Below, piece by piece: positions 28,604 to 37,149 of a stretch of DNA of 47,735 bases. A program made the translations under genes and the position numbers. Under the pieces are notes generated by a model. That model was not told where the DNA came from. It made no database searches and saw nothing but the letters and a program-made list of their open reading frames with translations. The DNA is from Candidatus Thorarchaeota archaeon (GTDB taxonomy: Archaea > Asgardarchaeota > Thorarchaeia > Thorarchaeales > Thorarchaeaceae), in NCBI GenBank assembly GCA_046758445.1, contig JBHIAE010000024.1, positions 1-47,735 of the forward strand, given 5' to 3'. Within the stretch, counting starts at the first letter, position 1; each line of letters starts with the position of its first letter.

Positions 28604-30400
28604 GTGGGTCGTTTCGTAAGAACTGTCATCAGTGTGAAGGTTCCCGTAAGGTGGGAGTCCATGACAGATAGGCAAAAGGAACGCCTATCTCGAATCACTA
28701 GCAGGGACACGCGGGTGATTCGAGCCTTTCTTGGAGTGATTGCACGTCACGAGAAAGACCTACTTGTCGGCAAGAGAAGGAAGAGAATCAGTGGGGCCAA
28801 GCTGGAGAAACTGACCCTCACCGCTGAGAGGTTCAAGGACAAGTCCAAGAATAGGACCTCTGTTCCGCACGACTTCAAAAGGAAATTCCCAAACATCTCC
28901 GTAAACGAGCTTCAGGAGTGCAGACAGGTGGCTGCTGCAATGTGGCAGAGCTACCTGGAGCTGGGCGGAAGGCCGCCTCTTGAGGCTCGAGGCTATCGAC
29001 CTCGGAAACTTCCCCGGTATGTCTACGCTCGGAGGTTCAAGATAGTCTATACCCCTGAGAAGGAGATCAGACACTGGCTCAGACTCATGGACTCCCTCGA
29101 CTCTGCAAAGATGCAAGGAGCGTATCACGACTATCTGATTGTTCCTCTCAGTCCCTCTTCCTATCACTTGAATAGACTCAGTGAAGGCACGGTGACATCG
29201 CTCCGGCTTCTGAAGGACAGTCGGAAGAAGTGGTGGGCGATATTCGCTGTACGCTTGAACGTGCCTGCCATGGACAATGAGTCGAAGCCACCCGCAGTGC
29301 TGGGGATTGACCTCGGGATAAACAAGGCCGTCTGCTCTGTTGTCCTGACTCATACCAAGATTAGGCATGTGAGATACTTCACGCAGCCCGAGAAGGTCAA
29401 GAGAATAAGGAGATACGATGAGATGGTGGACTCTCTCCAACGAGAGAAGAACACTAGGCTCAACAGCGGCCAACCCGCAGACGGGGTCATTCGAAAGCTT
29501 CGAGAACTGAGCGGACGCAGGAACCAGATCAGCATCGACCACGATGGCGTACTCATCAAGCAGCTCACAGACCACGCCCTAGAGCTGTCTGAGAAATACG
29601 ACCTGTACGTGGCTATCGGAAGACTGACTGGTATCAGGACTTCAGCCAGCAGGGCAAACGGCAAATCAAAGTGGTTCAGGTCAATGGTGGCTCGCTGGTC
29701 CTTTGCCAGAGTGACAAATGGATTGAAACACTCTCTCGCCAGAAACGGCTGGAGAGTTTCAGGAAGGGACTCGCGGTTCATCCCTGTTAGGGAGTTCTGG
29801 ACGAGCAAGAAGTGTCACAAATGCGGGCACATTGGTATCCGTCCGAAGCAGTCCCTGTTCATCTGTCACACCTGCGGCTACCGTGCCAACGCCGACAAGA
29901 ACGGCGTCATCAACATTGCTCGGCGTCTCGTCATGCTCATTCCCCGCTTGCGGGATGAGAACCAAGGACTAGGGCGGTGGCTTCTTCCTCATGAGAGGGG
30001 GAGGTCAACCCTGAAGGCCCGGAGGAGCTCACGCTCTGAGGGGAAGTCCTCACGGTCCCAGAGCTTGTCAGGCTCGAAAGGGCCGTCCGTGGCTGAGTGT
30101 TGCACGCAGACTTCTCTTGTGGAGTTCGCAGACGCTACCGATCCCGCCATGGTAAGAACCGCGGAAACACCGTCTGCCGCCATCGACGCCCGAAAGGCAG
30201 CTGACAGTCGTGGCAATATGGGGCAGCTGACAGAAGCTCAGTCTGGAGGCAGGGACACAGTCCCTGTGATCTCTGGCGAAGCCCGTGTCATAACGTCGGA
30301 GTCGGACCCGATGTATGCTGGCGACAGTCGTCACGAGAAGGGTGAAACGCGGGAGTTGAAGGTATCAGGTGGGGTTCACTCACCTCAAAGGGACATCTGA
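28604..30400 (+). CDS. tnpB: TnpB-family RNA-guided nuclease, 598 aa, rearranged RuvC-II
   Basis: RuvC-I VLGIDLG (D236), RuvC-II VAIGRL (G339), VREFWTSKKC (E397), CHKC..CHTC Zn finger, RuvC-III NADKNG (D431). Confidence 0.93.
   Translation: MGRFVRTVISVKVPVRWESMTDRQKERLSRITSRDTRVIRAFLGVIARHEKDLLVGKRRKRISGAKLEKLTLTAERFKDKSKNRTSVPHDFKRKFPNISVNELQECRQVAAAMWQSYLELGGRPPLEARGYRPRKLPRYVYARRFKIVYTPEKEIRHWLRLMDSLDSAKMQGAYHDYLIVPLSPSSYHLNRLSEGTVTSLRLLKDSRKKWWAIFAVRLNVPAMDNESKPPAVLGIDLGINKAVCSVVLTHTKIRHVRYFTQPEKVKRIRRYDEMVDSLQREKNTRLNSGQPADGVIRKLRELSGRRNQISIDHDGVLIKQLTDHALELSEKYDLYVAIGRLTGIRTSASRANGKSKWFRSMVARWSFARVTNGLKHSLARNGWRVSGRDSRFIPVREFWTSKKCHKCGHIGIRPKQSLFICHTCGYRANADKNGVINIARRLVMLIPRLRDENQGLGRWLLPHERGRSTLKARRSSRSEGKSSRSQSLSGSKGPSVAECCTQTSLVEFADATDPAMVRTAETPSAAIDARKAADSRGNMGQLTEAQSGGRDTVPVISGEARVITSESDPMYAGDSRHEKGETRELKVSGGVHSPQRDI
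30013..30383 (+). ncRNA. Putative omega-RNA scaffold of TnpB copy 2; the guide would start at ~30384
   Basis: Same conserved blocks and covarying hairpins as 208..564. Confidence 0.75.
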
Positions 30401-30568
30401 AACAGATCGGTGCATGCATCCAAAACAAAGTACCGGTTCAGATGGTCTATGATACTCGAAACGGATTGGTGCATACATCCCAGAATATAACACCTGATGG
30501 ACACAAGTGAAAGAATATATGCCACGCTGAAAGCATCGATTTAGACGCCAAAAGGACGCCAGCAACAA

Positions 30569-30979
30569 ATGCCTCCCAAGAACATGAGAGTGGTCATCCT
30601 CGGCTGTATGCAATGCGCCTATTCCGCAGCAGACCTTGCAGGCACAATGAAGCTCCAGTATGACGTCACTTCTCGGTTGATTCGAATGCCGTGTACGGCC
30701 AGACTGGACATCAACTTCATTCTAAAGGCCTTGCAGGAGGGGGCAGACGGCGTGCTTGTCGTTGGGTGCCATCCTGGTGACTGTGCATACAAGACCGGGA
30801 ATCTAGGGGCGGAGAGAAGGGTTCGCTTTGCCAGGAAGCTGATTGGCCAGCTTGGTCTGAATGAGGACCGAGTGAAGATGGTCTTTGTGAGTGCAGCTGA
30901 AGGGGACAAGTTTGCGGCTGAGGTCAACAAGTTCGCAGACGAGATCAGAACCATCGGTCCAAATCCCATCAGACTATAG
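30569..30979 (+). CDS. mvhD: MvhD/VhuD [2Fe-2S] protein (all-Cys version)
   Basis: CMQCAY.AAD.AG, MPCTAR, GADGV...GCHPGDC.Y..GN, SAAEG..F. Confidence 0.94.
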   Translation: MPPKNMRVVILGCMQCAYSAADLAGTMKLQYDVTSRLIRMPCTARLDINFILKALQEGADGVLVVGCHPGDCAYKTGNLGAERRVRFARKLIGQLGLNEDRVKMVFVSAAEGDKFAAEVNKFADEIRTIGPNPIRL

Positions 30980-31088
30980 GGACAGAAACCCCAGCCGGTC
31001 ACCCAGCTGCTCTTATTGCCACCTTGCCTGAATACATCTACCGATTGCCCCAAGAACGGGGCTTGTTTTGAAACAGTAACAACAGTGA

Positions 31089-31496
31089 CTATCCAAGTTC
31101 CTTGAACCTTGCATAGCTGAAATAGATGGAAGCCACACCTATGACGTAGATGAGCAGATGCGTTAGATCATAGACCGGTTCAGTGAACTGATACCAAGCA
31201 ATCGCAGTTGGGTTCAGAATGCCACCAAAGGCCATCCCTACTAAGGCGACTATGATCAGAATTATTCCGATTGGAAAGCTCCACCGAAGGCTATACAGAT
31301 AGAGGGGAATCAGTATCCACGCAATTGCAGTGAGTATACCAAACACCAGGAATTGCGTTTCAGACAGTCTGCCCAGTGCGTTTCCTGCTCCAGTGGCTGT
31401 CAACGCCCAAAGTGCCATGGCAAACAGTGTGGCAATAGCCCCTGTATGGTTTTTTGTGTAGTCTAACGACATGTTGTACTTCTCCTTTCTTGTCAA
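31089..31496 (-). CDS. Hypothetical four-TM membrane protein
   Basis: Four hydrophobic segments. Confidence 0.65.
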   Translation of the reverse strand: MTRKEKYNMSLDYTKNHTGAIATLFAMALWALTATGAGNALGRLSETQFLVFGILTAIAWILIPLYLYSLRWSFPIGIILIIVALVGMAFGGILNPTAIAWYQFTEPVYDLTHLLIYVIGVASIYFSYARFKELG

Positions 31497-31592
31497 GCAT
31501 CTACGACTAGTGCTTAACTATAGTTATCCAAAGCCAAGACTTGAACTTCTTAATAAGTACTTGGCTAAACACTTCAGAGAAGATGTAGGGGC

Positions 31593-31955
31593 CTAGACTC
31601 TCTCAAACTGCGCCTTGATAGAAGAACCACAATAGTTACACTTGGCCTCAAGAGGGCCAACCCAATCGATATCCGATTGAGTGATTAAAGCTCCGCAATT
31701 TGGGCATCTGTCAGGCACACGTACTGTGCGAATCTCAGTTCCATCACTTCTCACACGACCGCGTTCTCTTCGCGGAATAGCGAATGGCGGTGCCTCTACT
31801 GTGAACCCACCAACTATCTTGGAGCCCACCCTCAAGATTCTGAACAACATCATGATGAGCATTATGACGACAATGGGAATCACAAATAGCATGCCGCCGC
31901 TCATAGTGAAGAAATCCCAGAAATGTGGCATCTGCAACTTGCTTTCCTCAAACAA
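31593..31955 (-). CDS. Membrane-anchored C-terminal Zn-ribbon protein
   Basis: One TM helix, then CPNCGA...CNYCGS. Confidence 0.75.
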   Translation of the reverse strand: MFEESKLQMPHFWDFFTMSGGMLFVIPIVVIMLIMMLFRILRVGSKIVGGFTVEAPPFAIPRRERGRVRSDGTEIRTVRVPDRCPNCGALITQSDIDWVGPLEAKCNYCGSSIKAQFERV

Positions 31956-32152
31956 TTGACTATTCGAAATCCTTCTGCTGATAAAAGTGTCTGTAGAGGA
32001 AAGAGTGACTGATACATACAGGGGAAACAGTGACGGAGCAGACTTCTACATCATGCATACAGTGTGTGATAACAGCCGAATCACTTATGCCGGCCCCATT
32101 CGGGAGGGATTATCTACCTAGCTCAACGAGTCGCCGTCGAGTGACAGAAACG

Positions 32153-32620
32153 ATGATGCTTGACAATACTAATCTCCAGGAGTATATTGAACAGAGCGGC
32201 ACGGTCGCTGAGATCTTGACAATGAAGGGACGCGTACATTCTGTCGCTGCAGCATCTGAACAGCTTGGTGTATCCCCAGATCACATCATCAAGACAGTTG
32301 TCTTCAGAACTTCTGATCAGGAGCTAATTCTTGCCATAGTCAAAGGAGAGCATCGTGCTAGCTCAAAGAGGATAGCCAAAGCACTGAGAATTGAACCACC
32401 GACACTTGCGACTCCGGAGGAGGCATTAGAACTGACGGGCTACAAAGTAGGTGGGACGCCTCCAATATCCGTAGCAAGAGCACAGGTCCTGATTGACCCC
32501 CATGTGATGATGATGGAGAACGTAATCGGGGGTGGTGGGACTGACTACCACCTTCTCAGGATATCTCCAGATGAGATTCTCAGAGTGACTGGCGGAAGAA
32601 TAGCCCGTGTAAGGAAATAG
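32153..32620 (+). CDS. YbaK/ProX aminoacyl-tRNA editing domain protein
   Basis: I.KTVV, TGYKVGGTPP, GGG motifs. Confidence 0.9.
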   Translation: MMLDNTNLQEYIEQSGTVAEILTMKGRVHSVAAASEQLGVSPDHIIKTVVFRTSDQELILAIVKGEHRASSKRIAKALRIEPPTLATPEEALELTGYKVGGTPPISVARAQVLIDPHVMMMENVIGGGGTDYHLLRISPDEILRVTGGRIARVRK

Positions 32621-32716
32621 GTCATTGGATTCCTAACGGGACCCGCTAGTTTCGACTCATGTGATTGGCAAAAGTGCTGCATAAGAAAGATATTTAACTA
32701 TAGATAACAGGAAAAA

Positions 32717-32732
32717 GTTAGAGGCATCTAAC
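32717..32732. promoter_or_regulatory. DtxR/MntR-like metal regulator operator
   Basis: Inverted repeat GTTAGA-GGCA-TCTAAC immediately before the FTR1 start codon. Confidence 0.6.
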
Positions 32733-32733
32733 A

Positions 32734-33618
32734 ATGATAGTCGCCCCAACAATCATTTCGCTGAGAGAAGGCATTGAGGCCGCGCTAATAATCGCAATCA
32801 TGCTCTCCTATCTAAGAAAGACGAGCCGAACGGATCTGAACCGCTATGTGCTAGGCGGAACGATCATGGCCTTCGTAGCAAGCATTGGCGTGGCAGCAGT
32901 CATGGCACTTGTCTGGGGCGCCTTTGAAGGACCTATGCTAGAGGTGTTCGAAGGCTCAGTTGTCCTGATTGCCGCGTTTCTCCTTACCACAATGGTTCTT
33001 TGGATGTGGAACGCAGGTGCTGGGATTGCGTCCGAGATTGAGGAATCAGTTGACAAAGGGGTAAGACGAGAGAGTGGCATAGGGCTAGCACTTCTTGCTT
33101 TTGCCTTGGTTCTACGAGAGGGCGTCGAGTTGGTGCTCTTCACAGCAGCCCTTGCATTTCAGGAAGGGTCCCTTACCTACGTGGGAGTGACATTGGGACT
33201 GCTCTTAGCCACAGTCATTGGAGTCGGCATCTATCAAGGATCTCTGCGTGTCAGCCTGAAGTCGTTCTTCAATGCAACCTCGGTGCTTCTGGTTCTCTTC
33301 GCAGCCGGAATGATTGCCTATGGGATACATGAGCTCCAAGAGGCTGGACTGCTTCTGATTGGGCCCATTGAGGTCTGGAACATCAATCCACCCCTGCTTC
33401 CAGATGGGAGTTATCCCCTTCTGCACGAGAACGGTCTAATTGGTGGCCTGGCCAAGGCTCTATTTGGTTACAATGGCAATCCGTCGTTTCTGGAGGTAAC
33501 TGGATACATCCTATATCTGGTGATTGTAACCGTATACTATCTGAGAAAGAGGAGACCGACGAATCCTGATACTCGTACAACTTCGTCGCAGGAAACAGTG
33601 GCGTCAGTTTCTACATAG
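32734..33618 (+). CDS. FTR1/EfeU iron permease
   Basis: Two REGxE motifs (REGIE, REGVE), multiple TM helices. Confidence 0.93.
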   Translation: MIVAPTIISLREGIEAALIIAIMLSYLRKTSRTDLNRYVLGGTIMAFVASIGVAAVMALVWGAFEGPMLEVFEGSVVLIAAFLLTTMVLWMWNAGAGIASEIEESVDKGVRRESGIGLALLAFALVLREGVELVLFTAALAFQEGSLTYVGVTLGLLLATVIGVGIYQGSLRVSLKSFFNATSVLLVLFAAGMIAYGIHELQEAGLLLIGPIEVWNINPPLLPDGSYPLLHENGLIGGLAKALFGYNGNPSFLEVTGYILYLVIVTVYYLRKRRPTNPDTRTTSSQETVASVST

Positions 33619-33771
33619 AACAGAACTGTTCATGGCACAGAGAGCAACATAGAGGTCCGTTCTGCTATCTGCCTGAAACGAAACCACTTTTACCACACAC
33701 CACTCAGATTCTTGTGAGGGGGAAGACAGAAACACAAAGACATACGATAGAAAATAGAGGGTGCTAGACAA

Positions 33772-34590
33772 ATGACAAAGACACACAAACAGAGATTCAC
33801 CCTGAAAGACAGAGTGCGTAAGACGCTCAAGGACAACAAACTGTGCAAAGTGGCGTTTGACGAGCTTGAGAAGGATGACGAAGTACAAGCTCTCCTTGAG
33901 GACTCGAATCGGATGGCAATTGACAGAATGGGCTATTCTGACCATGGTCATACACACTCACTCATAGTTGCAATGAATGGAATCCGCCTTCTCCGGGAAT
34001 TGAGTAAAGGGCTCGAACCATCTATAGTTCAGGAAGAAACAGGAGGTCTGGAGGACGCAGAACTAGTAGTCTTCCTTGGATGCTATATGCACGATCTGGG
34101 GATGGCTGTCGCACGTCCTAATCACGACATATTCACGGTTGTATTGGCAAACTCAATCCTAGACAGGATTCTAGTCAAGGTCTATCCACATGACATCCGT
34201 AAGCGTGTACACATTAGAGGACATGTGCTTCATGCGATATACTCTCATGACATGGCTGCACCTCCGCTCACAGTGGAGGCTGGCATTGTCGGTATTGCCG
34301 ATGCCCTTGACATGACCAAAGGTCGTGCACGTATTCCATTTGAGGCCGGAAGTGTCAACATCCACTCTGCCTCAGCGATGGCAATTGAGAGGGTCAAGAT
34401 AAGAAAAGGCGAAGCCAAGACCGTCAGAATCGATGTCATAATGAATAACACATCAGGTATCTTCCAAATTCAAGAACTGCTGGAGAAGAAGATCAGGAGT
34501 GCTCCTGGTCTGCTAGACCACATAGAGCTCTATGCAATCATGTCTGCAAAGGAAGAGAAGATTCTTGGTGAGGAACTCAAGGTTCTATAG
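33772..34590 (+). CDS. HD-domain metal-dependent phosphohydrolase
   Basis: RMGYSDHG..H, HDLG, ADALDMT.GRAR. Confidence 0.88.
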   Translation: MTKTHKQRFTLKDRVRKTLKDNKLCKVAFDELEKDDEVQALLEDSNRMAIDRMGYSDHGHTHSLIVAMNGIRLLRELSKGLEPSIVQEETGGLEDAELVVFLGCYMHDLGMAVARPNHDIFTVVLANSILDRILVKVYPHDIRKRVHIRGHVLHAIYSHDMAAPPLTVEAGIVGIADALDMTKGRARIPFEAGSVNIHSASAMAIERVKIRKGEAKTVRIDVIMNNTSGIFQIQELLEKKIRSAPGLLDHIELYAIMSAKEEKILGEELKVL

Positions 34591-34629
34591 ACACATAGAG
34601 TTCCCGGTCCAGCTCCTTGGTGAAGCGTG

Positions 34630-35043
34630 ATGCAAACTATATTGCGACTGCCCAAAGCCACTCTAGACCTTTTGCACAGCCATGCAGAGGATGGACTACC
34701 TCTTGAGTCAGTTGCTCTTCTCTTTGGGCATGTCAAGGAATCAGGGATTACAGTCACCAGGTTGGAGCTACTAGAGAACACAGCAGTTTCTACAACTTCA
34801 TTTGCAGTCGATCCAGAGCGAGAGTACAAGCTTCTAATAGACGCTGAAGCACGCGGTGAGGACTGGGTCGGCATCTTCCACTCGCATCCTGCTCCTCCTA
34901 GACCCTCGTTCCGAGACCTACAGAACATGCGTCTGAATCCTGTAGTCTGGGCAATAGCCTCAAGAGAAACCGGGAGCTGGGAAACCCGAGCCTACCTTCT
35001 TGAAGAAGACGAGATTGTCGAGGTCAAGATAGTACTAACATAG
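34630..35043 (+). CDS. JAMM/MPN+ (M67) metalloprotease
   Basis: E...HSHP....PS..D JAMM motif. Confidence 0.9.
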   Translation: MQTILRLPKATLDLLHSHAEDGLPLESVALLFGHVKESGITVTRLELLENTAVSTTSFAVDPEREYKLLIDAEARGEDWVGIFHSHPAPPRPSFRDLQNMRLNPVVWAIASRETGSWETRAYLLEEDEIVEVKIVLT

Positions 35044-35048
35044 GCTCG

Positions 35049-35357
35049 TCAACGCTTTAATGACCTAATAGTACCAGATGTCTTCGAGGGCTGAAATGAA
35101 ACCTGCGTACTCTCAACAGATGCCAACAAGACGGCGGAAGTGATTACTTTCTCCAATAGGCCCGCACTAGATTGCAGAATGCCATGTCCGCTGGTTTCAT
35201 CATACTCGCTAAGGAAGAATCTTGAGTCGGCTACCGCGACCTCACCATAGATCGAGAGCATACTCGAACGAATGGCATTCGAGAGTTGCTTGCCACTTAT
35301 CGAAGGCCCAGCCATGTGAAGATGGAAGCGCACGTATCTCTTCCTTCTCTTCTTCAA
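35049..35357 (-). CDS. rnp2: RNase P protein Pop5/Rpp14
   Basis: RRKRY, YGE, C-terminal TSGTIRSL; coupled to rpp30. Confidence 0.88.
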   Translation of the reverse strand: MKKRRKRYVRFHLHMAGPSISGKQLSNAIRSSMLSIYGEVAVADSRFFLSEYDETSGHGILQSSAGLLEKVITSAVLLASVESTQVSFQPSKTSGTIRSLKR

Positions 35358-36046
35358 GGGGAACCACCCCGTTTGACAATCTCCATACCAAGTCCAAGAT
35401 AGTCACTGCTGAAACGCTTCTCATTTCTCGAAACTATCTTGTTCGGATTCTCATATACCGCCTTTTCACAGTCGTTCCAGTCAAGTCCAAACAGGAGGCC
35501 CACATGACACAATGCTCTTGGTGCTCTCAAGGCAATCGGTTCAGTTGCACCGCTGGAGAGGACTATCGGCATTCCTGCGTCAAGGGCTGTCTGAGCGTTC
35601 TCCCTGAGTACTTTGATTATCTTTGACCTGGCCAATCCTGACAGTCCCAAGAGCGGAGAGATTGGTATCTCTAGGGCAGTGTCTGAAGATGCCGCCAACT
35701 TCGCTGTACTTCTTCTCAGACTAGCTCCCTTAAGAGGATCATCAAGTGTCAGAAGGTCCACTCTGCTGTCATTTGCTGCCCAATTAGCCACACTAGTTTC
35801 GGCCAGTGATACAGCAACAATCGCCGAGTGTGGTCGAGCCCCTTCTACGGCCTTCTTCACGGCCCTAAGACCTTTCTTGCTGATGTCAGTGCGTGTGAAC
35901 AGAACCATATTCTCAACAGTTCTCTCAATCGGTTCTCTTCCTGGAAGTGTCGATGCAATCCCTTTGAACCCGAACCCACTCGCCATCTGAATGAAAGCAT
36001 CAAGACTCTCATCCGTTGGTACCTTTACGTTCATGTCGATTGCCAT
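35354..36046 (-). CDS. rnp3: RNase P protein Rpp30
   Basis: D.N.., VDLL, A..A......LEI, P..LSSGA.....LR.PR. Confidence 0.88.
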   Translation of the reverse strand: MAIDMNVKVPTDESLDAFIQMASGFGFKGIASTLPGREPIERTVENMVLFTRTDISKKGLRAVKKAVEGARPHSAIVAVSLAETSVANWAANDSRVDLLTLDDPLKGASLRRSTAKLAASSDTALEIPISPLLGLSGLARSKIIKVLRENAQTALDAGMPIVLSSGATEPIALRAPRALCHVGLLFGLDWNDCEKAVYENPNKIVSRNEKRFSSDYLGLGMEIVKRGGSP

Positions 36047-36510
36047 TAGCTTGGACCTCGAGGCGATTGCAGAAGTTCGATCAGGAAAGCCTCTGCCTCT
36101 GAGGGCACACAACGCGGATACTGCCTTAGGTGCACCCTGACACTGATGACATCCGGCCCTGTGGCCAACTGCATCTTACCCAAGAAAGACGCTTGCTTAT
36201 CAATTCTAAGAAACAAGGAGCATTGCTCATCTAGTCTCAGATGAAGCGTTCGCATGATGTAAGTCCTGTCACTCTCGGAGAGTCTGTCAATCATCACATT
36301 AAATGCATTCTCACATTCTTTGTTGTCTTCTAATACCGAAGAGAGTATGACAATCCGTCCTTGTTGATGCGCTTCAACCTTTTCAACAGTAGTTCTCACG
36401 TTCTTCTGAGCACTCTCCGGATAGAGGTTCAGGAGGGCAGCCTGCACCCTCTCTTCAACTTCGGTTGCTCGCGAGTATGCACGAGCCTCAATTCTGCTGA
36501 CAAACAGAAT
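36046..36510 (-). CDS. DUF54/UPF0201-type RNA-binding protein (exosome superoperon), probable ATT or CTG start
   Basis: IEARAYSRATEVEERV at the N-terminus and LFLRIDKQA at the C-terminus; sits between eL15 and rpp30. Confidence 0.82.
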   Translation of the reverse strand: MLFVSRIEARAYSRATEVEERVQAALLNLYPESAQKNVRTTVEKVEAHQQGRIVILSSVLEDNKECENAFNVMIDRLSESDRTYIMRTLHLRLDEQCSLFLRIDKQASFLGKMQLATGPDVISVRVHLRQYPRCVPSEAEAFLIELLQSPRGPS

Positions 36511-36539
36511 CTTCGACTCCTTTACTGAGAGCCCACGAC

Positions 36540-37124
36540 CTACTTACCGCGGTTATCTTTGGCTCCAAGAGACGGTCTGATATTCTCAGCGCCGGTGCCC
36601 TTTCTTCTGAGGCCCCTGCTTCGCTTGCCTGCAGAAGTAAGCCCTCGACTCACTCTACCCTTCTGAACAGGATCGCATATCCAGTTTATTTCTGGGTCGT
36701 TGTATATGACTGGATGATTGGGATCAACCATGATGATCTCGTGCCACACCCACTTGTGGTCGGAACCGACCCAGTAAGAGTTCACGACACGAAGGTTTGG
36801 GTACTTGCGAGCAGCACGTTCTTCAGCAATCCATCGACGGGACTTCTGGGGTGTGTATCTAGTGACACCCATGCTCCTTGGTTTTCTTCCCATTCGCGGT
36901 CTCGGTTTCTCGCGAGGCCCTCTTCCAGTCTTAATCCTGACCACTACATAGCCCTGTTTTGCCTTGTAGCCTAGGGCCCGTGCTCGTCCAAGTCTAGTAG
37001 GCTTCTCAAGTCGCACGATAGTACCCTGCTTTCTCCAGACTATCAACCGACCTCTCACACTCTCGGAACGTTCCTGTTGTTCCTTAATCCAGCTCTCATT
37101 CATGTACTTGTAAGCAGTTGGCAT
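36540..37124 (-). CDS. rpl15e: 50S ribosomal protein L15e
   Basis: AYKY, PTRL.RAR.LGYKAKQG, AEERA.RKYPNL.V.NSYWV, RGLTSAG. Confidence 0.97.
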   Translation of the reverse strand: MPTAYKYMNESWIKEQQERSESVRGRLIVWRKQGTIVRLEKPTRLGRARALGYKAKQGYVVVRIKTGRGPREKPRPRMGRKPRSMGVTRYTPQKSRRWIAEERAARKYPNLRVVNSYWVGSDHKWVWHEIIMVDPNHPVIYNDPEINWICDPVQKGRVSRGLTSAGKRSRGLRRKGTGAENIRPSLGAKDNRGK

Positions 37125-37149
37125 ACAATACCATCCTCTGTTGTGATTC

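Larger units (their letters stand above)
28512..30383 (+). mobile_element. Non-autonomous tnpB-only element (IS1341-like organisation, no tnpA)
   Basis: tnpB flanked by upstream hairpins and the conserved 3' end GGGTTCACTCAC shared with copy 1; left boundary approximate. Confidence 0.7.

Noticed and set aside
28760-29575. 271-aa antisense ORF inside tnpB, and other long antisense ORFs such as 37683..38321
   Set aside because: Shadow frames of well-supported genes with no recognisable motifs
28400-30570. CRISPR array associated with the TnpB (Cas12f-like system)
   Set aside because: No repeat-spacer array near either copy
15832-30979. Selenocysteine (TGA) in HdrA or MvhD, as known in some Asgard archaea
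   Set aside because: The relevant positions are Cys codons or absent; no in-frame TGA and no convincing SECIS seen
34630-35043. JAMM protease as part of a eukaryote-like ubiquitin operon
   Set aside because: No ubiquitin, E1, E2 or RING genes adjacent; looks like an ordinary stand-alone M67 enzyme
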